In this document: positions 26,201 to 35,330 of the stretch, piece by piece
Numbering within the stretch: the stretch's first letter is position 1
Layout: each line of letters starts with the position of its first letter
NCBI GenBank assembly: GCA_018697295.1
Contig: JABHTJ010000002.1
Location: 28,027 to 92,026 of the forward strand
DNA from: an archaeon
GTDB taxonomy: Archaea; Nanobdellota; Nanobdellia; Pacearchaeales; GW2011-AR1
Length of the DNA stretch: 64,000 bases
Direction of reading: 5' to 3'
The notes under the pieces: generated by a model
What the model was told of the DNA's origin: nothing
Seen by the model: only the letters and a program-made list of their open reading frames with translations
Databases searched by the model: none
Translations under genes and position numbers: made by a program

Positions 26201-29200
26201 ATGGTTTTGAAAGGGGCTAGTCAACCGTTGGAGGGTGAATCTTATGATTCTGGAAAGGAGAGTTCTAGAGTTTCTGGGCTTAGAGTAACTTCTCGGTTTT
26301 CTTCTGATCCGACTTATGAGGCTCTTGAGTGGTCGACCAGAGATATTAAAACGGAAGATATGGATGGAAATGTTATCTTTTCTATGGAGGGTGTTGAAGC
26401 TCCGACTCATTATAGTGACTTGGCCGTTAAAACTATTGCAAATAAATATTTTTCTCGAAATGTGAAGGCTAATGAGACTAGTGTTAGGGCGTTGGATCAC
26501 AGAGTAACTTCTACTCTTGCTCATGAGGTTGTTCGGCAAGGGCTTATTCGTCCCGAAGATGAAGCGGTTTATCAGGCAGAACTTATGGCTTCAACGGCTC
26601 AGCAACATTCTTCGTGGAATTCTCCAGTCTGGTTTAATCAAGGTTTACATCATGTTTATGGGATTAGTAAAACTGAAAATGATCCTGATTCGGCTGATCG
26701 GTGGGCTGTAGATTTTGAAACAGGAGAGGTTAGAAATGGTCATGATGCCTATGTGCGTCCTCAAAATTCTGCTTGTTTTATTCAATCTGTTCCAGATAAC
26801 ATTTCCGGAATTCTTGAACATGGGAAAAAAGAAGGTATGCTCTTTAAGTATGGTTCTGGAACTGGCTCAAATGTTTCTGATATTCGAGGAGTTAATGAAC
26901 CTCTCTCTGGTGGTGGGGTATCTTCGGGAGTAATGTCCTTTTTGCCCATTCAGGATAAGACTGCAGGGAGTATAAAATCTGGAGGTACAACAAGAAGGGC
27001 TGCAAAAATGGTTCGTATGGATGTTAATCATTCAGATATTTTTAGATTCGTTGGATGGAAGGCTGAAGAAGAACAAAAGGCCTTGCAACTATGCAAGGAT
27101 CCAAAATATGATCGAAGAAATCAGGGCGACCTTGATGCCGAGGCTTACAAAACTGTCGAGGGCCAAAATGGAAATAACTCTGTTGGGATTAGCGATGCAT
27201 TTATGGAAGCTCTTTCCAATGACGGTGAATGGGATTTATGGTATCGGACTGCAGATAAAGTTGGAGAAGAAGTGGAAATTCCTCTAAGTGAATATAAGGA
27301 TGATAGGTCTTTACCTGATCGACAATTTATTTTGAAAACTACTAATAAACGGAAAACTGTTCGGTCTACAGATTTATGGAATTATATTGTTCGTGCTGCT
27401 ACGATTAATGCCGAACCCGGGCTTCAATTTGATGATACTATAAATCGATGGCATACTTGTAAGGAATCTGGTAGAATTAACGCGTCGAATCCATGTTCTG
27501 AATATTTCTTTATTGATGACTCTGCATGTAATCTTGCTTCGATTAATTTGAAGAACTTTAGGAAGTTGACTCCTTCAGGGGATGACTTTAGAACTAAAAC
27601 TCCTTCTGGTGCTGGGGCTTCAATGAGAGGAAATTTAGAATCGCGAGTTGGAGGTTCTGTATCTCTTGAACAAGCAGAGGGAGAAGGATCATTAAATTAT
27701 CTTGGTGTTTTGGTTGATGGTGAGGATGGTCAAAAAAGAAATGTTTCTTTAGAAGATTATGTTTCTGGGTTTGATGTTAGTGGATATCTTCATGCAGTTA
27801 ACTTAAATATCATTTCTCAAGAAGCCCTTGTCGATCAATCTTCTTATCCTTCGAGAGAAATAGCACAAAATTCTCATGATTTTAGGCCTCTTGGTCTTGG
27901 GTTTGGAAACTTGGGAGCACTTCTTATGTCTTATGGAATTCCCTATGATTCCGATGCTGGAAGGACCCTTGCAGGAGCGCTAACCTCTTTGATGACTGCT
28001 CAGGCATACAAGACTTCTGCATTGATGGCAAAAGAAGTCGGCGCGTTTAATGGATTTGAAAAGAACAAAGAATCTATGCTTGAGGTTATGGGTATGCACA
28101 GAGATGCTTCTCGCGATATTGATGCTTCTAATCTTCCGAAATCTCTTGAAGGAATAGTCTCTGTTGCAAATGGTCTTTGGGACGAAGTTGCAGTTCTTGG
28201 AGAGCAATATGGATTTCGGAATTCCCAAGTCACAGTAATCGCACCGACAGGTACTATCGGATTTAAGATGGATTTCGATACAACAGGGGTGGAGCCAGTT
28301 AGCGTTTTTGGCGCTCAAAAAGGTCTTTCAGGTGGAGGAACTTATCATATTCCAATTCCTGCGTCAGTTGGAGAAGGTCTTGGATCTCTTGGTTATTCTC
28401 CTGAAGAAGTAACTCCTATTTTAGAATATCTTAATGAGCAAAATGATCCTAAAAGAAAAGAGAGAGTTGTTGCAACAATGAAGGGCGCTCCTGGATTAAA
28501 AGAAGAGCATTTGAGTGTTTTCGAGACTGCGATGGATCCTCAAAACATGACTTCTGTTGATGGTCATTTATATATGATGGCTTCAGTAACGCCATTTTTA
28601 TCTGGTGCTATTTCAAAAACGGTAAATCTTCCTCGAGGTTCTAAACTTGAAGATATTGACCGAACTTATCGAAAAGCTCATGAACTTGGTTTGAAGTCAG
28701 TTGCATTGTACGTTGATGGGTGCAAGGGTGTTCAACCAATTTTTACAGGCTCTGGAAATAATGATTTAGTTCTTGATCGTGGAGTAAAAGATAAGCCTGG
28801 GGGAGGTAAGCCTATTGAATCTTTTAGGGTTCCTATAAAAATTGGAGAAACAAGCGTGCTTATTGAATTCGGAGAGCATCCGAACCGTCGACCAAGTGAA
28901 GCAATTGGAGATTATGTTGTCATGTTTGGAAAATCTGGCTCTCCTCATGCCGGAGAAACAACAGAGTGGGCGAAGGCAGCTTCAAGATCGCGCCAGTATG
29001 GAGAGAGTGTTGAAGACTTTATCGAGAATAATCGTGGCTCAACAGGAACTATAAAGGGATTCACTAATCATCCTTATATAAAATCTGTTTCAAGTATACA
29101 TGATGCCGCAGCTAAACTTGCAGAGCTTCATTATTTAGGAGTTACCGAAGGTTGGGAGGTTGATCCGACACCATTAGAGATGGAAGAGCTGAGATTTAAT

Positions 29201-29443
29201 GTTCTTGCTCAACGAAATCGTAATACTCATTTCAGTTCTCGAATTAAGCGAATACGGTCTATGATGGCTGAGGGAAAAGAGCGAGAAATTATTCCTCTTC
29301 TTGAAGATAATGGTTCAAATGGGAATGGTCGTAAAAAAAATGGTGGATTGCCTCCCTGCCTTAGCTGTGGACATCCAACTATTTTGAGTGGAGCGACTTG
29401 TGTTAAATGTTGTAACTGTGGCAGTTCGCCTGGATGTGGTTAG
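26201..29443 (+). CDS. nrdJ: Ribonucleotide reductase, class II (adenosylcobalamin-dependent) with low-complexity insertion and C-terminal Cys-rich tail
   Basis: Active-site region NPCSEYFFIDDSACNLASINL. C-terminus is CLSCGHPTILSGATCVKCCNCG. A G/S-rich ~75-aa insertion follows the active-site segment. 1080 aa. Confidence 0.8.
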   Translation: MVLKGASQPLEGESYDSGKESSRVSGLRVTSRFSSDPTYEALEWSTRDIKTEDMDGNVIFSMEGVEAPTHYSDLAVKTIANKYFSRNVKANETSVRALDHRVTSTLAHEVVRQGLIRPEDEAVYQAELMASTAQQHSSWNSPVWFNQGLHHVYGISKTENDPDSADRWAVDFETGEVRNGHDAYVRPQNSACFIQSVPDNISGILEHGKKEGMLFKYGSGTGSNVSDIRGVNEPLSGGGVSSGVMSFLPIQDKTAGSIKSGGTTRRAAKMVRMDVNHSDIFRFVGWKAEEEQKALQLCKDPKYDRRNQGDLDAEAYKTVEGQNGNNSVGISDAFMEALSNDGEWDLWYRTADKVGEEVEIPLSEYKDDRSLPDRQFILKTTNKRKTVRSTDLWNYIVRAATINAEPGLQFDDTINRWHTCKESGRINASNPCSEYFFIDDSACNLASINLKNFRKLTPSGDDFRTKTPSGAGASMRGNLESRVGGSVSLEQAEGEGSLNYLGVLVDGEDGQKRNVSLEDYVSGFDVSGYLHAVNLNIISQEALVDQSSYPSREIAQNSHDFRPLGLGFGNLGALLMSYGIPYDSDAGRTLAGALTSLMTAQAYKTSALMAKEVGAFNGFEKNKESMLEVMGMHRDASRDIDASNLPKSLEGIVSVANGLWDEVAVLGEQYGFRNSQVTVIAPTGTIGFKMDFDTTGVEPVSVFGAQKGLSGGGTYHIPIPASVGEGLGSLGYSPEEVTPILEYLNEQNDPKRKERVVATMKGAPGLKEEHLSVFETAMDPQNMTSVDGHLYMMASVTPFLSGAISKTVNLPRGSKLEDIDRTYRKAHELGLKSVALYVDGCKGVQPIFTGSGNNDLVLDRGVKDKPGGGKPIESFRVPIKIGETSVLIEFGEHPNRRPSEAIGDYVVMFGKSGSPHAGETTEWAKAASRSRQYGESVEDFIENNRGSTGTIKGFTNHPYIKSVSSIHDAAAKLAELHYLGVTEGWEVDPTPLEMEELRFNVLAQRNRNTHFSSRIKRIRSMMAEGKEREIIPLLEDNGSNGNGRKKNGGLPPCLSCGHPTILSGATCVKCCNCGSSPGCG

Positions 29444-29449
29444 TAAAAA

Positions 29450-29887
29450 ATGGTAAAAATAAAAGTTAAAAAATTAATTGAATCAGCGATTCTTCCTAGC
29501 TATGGACATCCGGGAGATGCAGGCCTTGATTTCTATGCTGCAGAAGATTTTGTTTTGACTCATGAGATGAGGCATGCCGTTTCTACAGGGATTAGTATGG
29601 CGCTTCCAGAGGGTTATGTTGCATTAGTTTGGGATAAAAGCGGTCTTGCTGCAAAAAAAGGAATTACTGTTCTTGGTGGCGTAATAGATGCGCATTATCG
29701 GGGAGAATATAAAATAATCTTATATAATACTGAGCGAGATGATTTTGTGATTCGAAAAGGTGATAAGGTTGCTCAGGTATTGGTTCAACCAATTGTTAGT
29801 GCTGAGATTGAAGAAGTCGAAGAATTATCTGAGACTGCTCGTGGAGAGGGTGGATTTGGAAGTACTGGCGGAAGCAGAGTTGATTAG
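29450..29887 (+). CDS. dut: dUTP diphosphatase (trimeric dUTPase)
   Basis: LPSYGHPGDAGLDFYA and the YRGEYKIILYN motifs. Confidence 0.8.
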   Translation: MVKIKVKKLIESAILPSYGHPGDAGLDFYAAEDFVLTHEMRHAVSTGISMALPEGYVALVWDKSGLAAKKGITVLGGVIDAHYRGEYKIILYNTERDDFVIRKGDKVAQVLVQPIVSAEIEEVEELSETARGEGGFGSTGGSRVD

Positions 29888-29921
29888 GAAGAATTATAAA
29901 TTGATTCTTTGATGAATTATT

Positions 29922-30488
29922 ATGGTACTTAGTGATGGGCAGATAAAAGAGAAGGTTGGTAGTGGGGAGATTTCGATTGCTCCTTTTGATAAATCTTGTA
30001 TTCAACCTGCCAGTTATGACTTACATTTGGCAAATCAATTTAAGATTTATCGTTCTCACGCGAATGAGATTATAGATCCTCTGAAAAGTGTGGATGGGAT
30101 GATGGAAAATATTTTTTTGGGAGAAGGTGAATCTTTTATTTTGCATCCTGGTTCTTTTGCTCTCGGCTTGATTGAAGAAAAAACGGGTGTTGATTCAAAA
30201 CATATTGGGCGGCTCGAAGGAAAAAGTTCTCTTGCGCGACTTGGGCTTATTATTCATACTACTGCTGGTTATCTTGATCCTGGAAATAATTTGAAACTGA
30301 CTTTAGAATTATTTAATGCAAGTCCTTTGCCGATAAAACTTTATCCTGGAATGAAAATTGCCCAAATTGCTTTTGAAGAAATGGGACGTCCTTGTGAAAG
30401 GCCCTATGGTAGCGATGGTTTGGGTAGCAAGTATTATGGCGATGAGTCGATTACTGAGAGTAAGATGCATTTGAATTTTGACGAATAA
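29922..30488 (+). CDS. dcd: dCTP deaminase
   Basis: MVLSDGQIKE...IQPASYDLHL is the N-terminal dCTP deaminase signature. 188 aa. Confidence 0.8.
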   Translation: MVLSDGQIKEKVGSGEISIAPFDKSCIQPASYDLHLANQFKIYRSHANEIIDPLKSVDGMMENIFLGEGESFILHPGSFALGLIEEKTGVDSKHIGRLEGKSSLARLGLIIHTTAGYLDPGNNLKLTLELFNASPLPIKLYPGMKIAQIAFEEMGRPCERPYGSDGLGSKYYGDESITESKMHLNFDE

Positions 30489-30552
30489 TCTCTTTTTAAT
30501 ATATATTTTAGAGTATATTAGTTTTTTAATAGGACTTTTTGTTTGTCTTTTA

Positions 30553-31581
30553 ATGATTGTTGGAATTACGGGAACTCTTGGTGCCGGAAAAGGAACTGTT
30601 GTTAATTATTTGGCCAAACATGAATTTAAACATTATTCAGTTAGAGAATTTTTAGAAATCGAAATTAATAATCGTGGGCTTGTTGTTAATCGAGATAGTA
30701 TGGTTATGATTGCAAATGATTTGCGGGAAAAATATGGTCCTTCTTATATCGTTGATGAATTGTATAACTTGGCTAAGGTTAATGGTGGGAATGCAGTGAT
30801 TGAAAGTATTCGTTGTGTTGGGGAAGTTGAATCTCTTCGACGTCAAGGAGATTTTATTTTGCTTGGTATCGATGCTGACGTTGAACTTCGTTACACGAGA
30901 ATTAGTGAGAGAAAAACTGAAACTGATTTAATTTCTTTTGACAGGTTTGTTCGAGATGAACAACGAGAAATGAATAATAAAGATTCTACTCGTGGAAATA
31001 TCTCTGCATGTCTTGAAATGGCAGATCATATTTTTAAAAATAATTGGACTGTCGAAGAATTATATCAGAAAATTGAAAACTATCTTAGTTCTCGAGCGAA
31101 TGCTCCTGCGACTATCGGGTTTGGTAAACCCAAAAGGCCGAGTTGGGATGATTATTTTATGGAAATAAAAGATGCTGTTTCAAAGCGTGCGACTTGTGAC
31201 ATGAATTGTTTTGGGTGTGTTATTGCTAGAGATAATCAAATTTTGGTGACTGGTTACTCTGGGGCTCCAATGGGGCTTGCTCATTGCGATGATGTTGGTC
31301 ACCGAATAAAAACTGTTGTTGACTCTGAAGGTCATGAAGTGAAAATTTGCAGTAGAATTATTCATGCAGAACAAAATGCGATTTGTCAAGCCTCTAAACT
31401 TGGTACGAAGTTAGGAGAATCTACAATTTATCTTGAGAAAATTCCTTGCGATGTTTGTTCGAGATCTATTGTTGGTGCAGGTATTCGAAGAATTGTTATA
31501 AAAGAAAAGTCTTCAATGAAATCTTATATTAAAGAACTTTTTTTGAATGCTGGTGTAAGGGTCGATTTTATTGAGTGTTGA
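30553..31581 (+). CDS. Fusion protein: N-terminal P-loop nucleotide/nucleoside kinase-like domain + C-terminal dCMP (cytidine/deoxycytidylate) deaminase domain
   Basis: N-domain begins MIVGITGTLGAGKGT (Walker A). C-domain has the zinc motifs HAEQNAI and PCDVCSRSI. I chose the internal Met at 30553. The longer track ORF adds a hydrophobic leader of doubtful reality. Confidence 0.65.
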   Translation: MIVGITGTLGAGKGTVVNYLAKHEFKHYSVREFLEIEINNRGLVVNRDSMVMIANDLREKYGPSYIVDELYNLAKVNGGNAVIESIRCVGEVESLRRQGDFILLGIDADVELRYTRISERKTETDLISFDRFVRDEQREMNNKDSTRGNISACLEMADHIFKNNWTVEELYQKIENYLSSRANAPATIGFGKPKRPSWDDYFMEIKDAVSKRATCDMNCFGCVIARDNQILVTGYSGAPMGLAHCDDVGHRIKTVVDSEGHEVKICSRIIHAEQNAICQASKLGTKLGESTIYLEKIPCDVCSRSIVGAGIRRIVIKEKSSMKSYIKELFLNAGVRVDFIEC

Positions 31582-31635
31582 ATATTTTTTCTAAATGATT
31601 AAGTTTTTAAATTGCTATTTCGAAGATGAATTAAT

Positions 31636-31710
31636 GGCTCCGTAGCTCAGCCTGGTTAGAGCACTGGACTTTTAATCCAGGTGTCGGGGGTTCAAATCCC
31701 CTCGGGGCCA
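31636..31710 (+). tRNA. tRNA-Lys (anticodon TTT)
   Basis: Acceptor GGCTCCG/CGGGGCC with one GU pair. D-arm GCTC-AGCCTGGTTA-GAGC. Anticodon stem CTGGA/TCCAG with loop CTTTTAA. T-arm GGGGG-TTCAAAT-CCCCT. Confidence 0.8.
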
Positions 31711-31855
31711 TTTTAATCGGGAATTATTTTCCAAAAAGTTTGTTTTAGGTTCATTTGTGATCTTTTATGCGAACTACTTTGAAATGGCAAAAGTCGAAAA
31801 GTTTTTAAAGGCATTTTTGATATTTTTTTTATCTAAAAACTCTTTTATTTTAACA

Positions 31856-32059
31856 ATGCACATCCTCCAGCCAAAACACACGATACTTGATTCTAGTGAT
31901 GCTGAAAAGTTAATGCAAGAACATAATATTTCGTTGGCGCAGTTACCTAAAATTTCTAAAAAAGATCCTGCTCTTCCAGAAGGAAGTGATACGGGTGATG
32001 TTGTTAAAATTGAGCGGACTGGCGATTTAGCGGAAGTCTATTACCGGGTGGTTATCTGA
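31856..32059 (+). CDS. rpoH: DNA-directed RNA polymerase subunit H (Rpb5-like)
   Basis: MHILQPKHTILDSSDAEKLMQEHNISLAQLPKISKKDPALPEGSDTGDVVKIERTGDLAEVYYRVV matches the RpoH pattern HxLVPKHEIL...LPKI...DP...GDVVKI.R......YYR.V. I chose the internal Met. Position immediately upstream of rpoB is canonical. Confidence 0.7.
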   Translation: MHILQPKHTILDSSDAEKLMQEHNISLAQLPKISKKDPALPEGSDTGDVVKIERTGDLAEVYYRVVI

Positions 32060-32063
32060 ATCT

Positions 32064-35000
32064 ATGGCTGAACATTTATTAGTTAAAGAATTTTTGAGGA
32101 ACCATTCTTTAGTTGAATCTAATATTACTTCTTTTAACGATTTTATTGAAAAGCGAATGCAAGAAATTGTTGTTGAACTTTCGGATGCACTTCCTAATGA
32201 TGATTTTGAAATAAAGCTTGGAAACATCCGTGTAGGAAAGCCAAATATTATTGAATCTGATGGATCGTCTCGACCAATTACTCCTGCTGAAGTTCGACTT
32301 AGAAAGTTAACTTATTCTGCCCCAATTTGGATTGAGATGAGTATTAATTATGCTGGTCAGGTTGAGTCTGAAGAAATTCAGCTTGGACGAATTCCCGTTA
32401 TGGTGAAGAGCCGAGCTTGTAATCTTGATGGAATGAGTAAAGAAGATTTGATTAAAAATTATATTGATCCAAAAGATCAGGGAGGCTATTTCTTAATTAA
32501 TGGTAATGAGCGAGTTATGGTTATGGCTGAAGATTTGGCATCTAACCAAACTTTTGTTGAATTTCAAAAAGTTAAGAAGCGACTTATGCTTCGTTTATTT
32601 TCTCAACGAGGAGCATATAAAATTCCAATTTCTTTAGTTGAAAATCCTCAAGGAATTATTGATGTTTCATTTTCTCGATTTAAAGATATTCCTGCTATTG
32701 TCCTTTTGAAAGCTCTTGGTTTGACAAGTGACGCTGAAATTGCGAAACTTATCGGAGAACAAACAGATAGTCTTATTGTTAATTTATATGAATTTGCTGA
32801 CGTTGGAACTGTTGACGATGCTTTGATGTGGATTGCAGAAAAAAGTAGTTTGCAAGGAACTAACAAAGAAATGCTTGACCGAGTAAAACAAAGAATTGAT
32901 TCTTATTTTTTGCCTCATATTGGTCTTGACAAAGCTGCTCGTCTTGAAAAAGCTCGAACTTTTTGTAAATTTATCAAACAATATTATATTGCGAAAGAAC
33001 ATCCGGGAAAGTCAATGACTGATAAAGATCATTATGCAAACAAGCGAGTTCGATTATCTGGAGATTTGCTTTCAGATTTGTTTAGGGTTAACATGAATAT
33101 TTTACTTCGAGAAGTTCAACACAGTTTACAAAAAACTGTTAAGCGACGAAAATTTTATTCGATAAAGACTATTGCGAAATCTACATTATTTACTCATCGA
33201 GTTGAGAGTTCGATTGCTACTGGTTCTTGGATTGGAGAGCGAAATGGAGTTACTCAAAATATGGATAAGAACAATTCTTTTTCGATTATGTCTCAATTAC
33301 AAAGAGTAACGTCGACGCTTCCCGGAGAGCAAGAAAATTTTGCTGCTCGAACTGTCCATCCTACTCATTATGGACGATTTTGTCCAATTGAAACTCCTGA
33401 AGGAACTGAAATTGGTCTTCGAAAAAATTTAGCTCTTCTTGCTAAAATTTCTACTCGTGCCTTAATTGAACACGGAGAAGTTTTGAAAGTTTTAAGTAGT
33501 ATTGGTATGAAACTTGATGCTGAACAAAGTTCTGAAGTTGTTGATGTTTTTTACAATGGACGATTTATTGGTGTTGTCGATGACGTTAATCCTTTTGTTA
33601 GGGCTGTAAAGGAATCTCGACGAGAAGGGAAATTATCCTATGAAATGTCTGTTCGGTTTGATAAATTTTTAGATACTGTTTATATTAGTTCTGAAATTGG
33701 AAGAGTTATTCGTCCATTAATTGTTGTTGAAGATGGAGTGTCGACGCTAAAAGAAGAACATCTTGATTTAATTCGTCAAGGAAATTTATCTTGGAGTGAT
33801 TTAATTAAGGCTGGAGTAATCGAATATTTGGATGCATCTGAAGAAGATGATTGTTATATTTCTTTAGAAGAATCAGAATTAACTGCGGAGCACACACATT
33901 TAGAGGTTGATAAAATTGATGTTTTTGGTGTTAGTGTTTCTTTAATTCCTTTTGGAAATCATGATCCTCCTGCGCGTATGGTTAAGGGTGGTTCTAGAGC
34001 TTATCGTCAAGGTCTTGGAATCTATGCCGGAAATTTCCCTGTAAGAATTGATACTGATGTTTCTCTTCTTCACTATCCTCAAAAACCTTTGGTTCGAAGT
34101 TTTGTTTATGATACCTTAAATGTTCATCCTGTTGGGCAAAATGTTATTCTTGCCATTATGCCTTATGAAGGATATAATATGGAAGACGCTACTGTTCTTA
34201 ATCAAGGTTCAATTGATAGGGGATTTGGACGAAGTTCTAAATTTAGGCCTCATATTTCTGTTGAACTTAACTATGCAGGAAGTCTTAGGGATGAAATTAC
34301 TATTCCTGAAAAAGATGTTTCTGGATATAGATTAGAAGAGAGTTATCGATTTTTAGAAGACGATGGTATTGTTTATCCTGAAGCAGAACTTATCGAAGGC
34401 GAAGTTGTTATTGGTAAAACAAGTCCTCCGAAATTTTTAAGTGAAGCACGAGATATTTCTATCCAGACTAAAAAAGAAAATAGTTCTGCAATGAAGCAAG
34501 GAGAAAGTGGGACTGTCGACGCTGTTTTTATTACTCAAGATAAAGAAGGGAATAAAATTGTTCAAGTAAGAACACGAGAACTTCGAATTCCAGAAATCGG
34601 AGATAAATTTTCTGTTCCTCACGGTCAGAAAGGTATTGTCGGATTTATTGCACCTGAGAATGATATTCCATTTACTGTTGGCGGTATTCGTCCAGATATT
34701 ATGTTTAATCCTCACGGTATACCTTCTCGTATGACTGTTGGTTATTTGATGGATGTTTTGGCAGGAAAAGTTGCGTCACTTTCTGGAAAGATTCAGGATG
34801 CTACTTCATTTAGTGGAGAGACTGTCGATTCTCTTGAAAACAATCTGAAGAAATTAGGATTTAGACAAGATGGGAAGGAAACGATGTATAATGGTATTAC
34901 TGGAAAACGAATGCCTGTTAAGATTTTTATTGGGAATATGTTTTATTTGAAATTGAAATATATGGTTGCAGATAAAATGCACGCTCGAGCTTCTGGAAAG

Positions 35001-35330
35001 ATTGCGTTACTTACTCGACAACCTATTGAAGGTCGTTCTCGAGGTGGAGCACTTCGCCTTGGAGAAATGGAGCAAGAAGCACTTGTTGGTCACGGAGCTT
35101 CATTATTGCTTAAGGAACGATACGATTCTGACAAGGTCGTGATTCATTTATGTAGTCAGTGTGGAAGCATTGTTATTGACGATCAAATTCATAACAAACA
35201 AGTTTGTAGCCTGTGCCATTCTAATCAAGTTGAACCAGTTGAAGTTTCTTATGCATTTAAGTTACTCGTCGAGGAATTACAGGGCTTACATTTATTAACT
35301 AAATTCGATCTGAAAAATAAATATGAATAA
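32064..35330 (+). CDS. rpoB: DNA-directed RNA polymerase subunit B (unsplit)
   Basis: 1088 aa. Conserved blocks include GYNMEDA, the SRMT-like region and a C-terminal Zn-binding CSQCGS...CSLC. Confidence 0.9.
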   Translation: MAEHLLVKEFLRNHSLVESNITSFNDFIEKRMQEIVVELSDALPNDDFEIKLGNIRVGKPNIIESDGSSRPITPAEVRLRKLTYSAPIWIEMSINYAGQVESEEIQLGRIPVMVKSRACNLDGMSKEDLIKNYIDPKDQGGYFLINGNERVMVMAEDLASNQTFVEFQKVKKRLMLRLFSQRGAYKIPISLVENPQGIIDVSFSRFKDIPAIVLLKALGLTSDAEIAKLIGEQTDSLIVNLYEFADVGTVDDALMWIAEKSSLQGTNKEMLDRVKQRIDSYFLPHIGLDKAARLEKARTFCKFIKQYYIAKEHPGKSMTDKDHYANKRVRLSGDLLSDLFRVNMNILLREVQHSLQKTVKRRKFYSIKTIAKSTLFTHRVESSIATGSWIGERNGVTQNMDKNNSFSIMSQLQRVTSTLPGEQENFAARTVHPTHYGRFCPIETPEGTEIGLRKNLALLAKISTRALIEHGEVLKVLSSIGMKLDAEQSSEVVDVFYNGRFIGVVDDVNPFVRAVKESRREGKLSYEMSVRFDKFLDTVYISSEIGRVIRPLIVVEDGVSTLKEEHLDLIRQGNLSWSDLIKAGVIEYLDASEEDDCYISLEESELTAEHTHLEVDKIDVFGVSVSLIPFGNHDPPARMVKGGSRAYRQGLGIYAGNFPVRIDTDVSLLHYPQKPLVRSFVYDTLNVHPVGQNVILAIMPYEGYNMEDATVLNQGSIDRGFGRSSKFRPHISVELNYAGSLRDEITIPEKDVSGYRLEESYRFLEDDGIVYPEAELIEGEVVIGKTSPPKFLSEARDISIQTKKENSSAMKQGESGTVDAVFITQDKEGNKIVQVRTRELRIPEIGDKFSVPHGQKGIVGFIAPENDIPFTVGGIRPDIMFNPHGIPSRMTVGYLMDVLAGKVASLSGKIQDATSFSGETVDSLENNLKKLGFRQDGKETMYNGITGKRMPVKIFIGNMFYLKLKYMVADKMHARASGKIALLTRQPIEGRSRGGALRLGEMEQEALVGHGASLLLKERYDSDKVVIHLCSQCGSIVIDDQIHNKQVCSLCHSNQVEPVEVSYAFKLLVEELQGLHLLTKFDLKNKYE

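Noticed and set aside
26087-26539. 150-aa minus-strand ORF
   Set aside because: Antisense to the nrdR end and nrdJ start. No motifs.
26201-29443. Intein in the 1080-aa RNR
   Set aside because: No Cys/Ser/Thr +1 with the terminal His-Asn motif and no homing-endonuclease-like block. The extra length is explained by a low-complexity insertion and the C-terminal tail.
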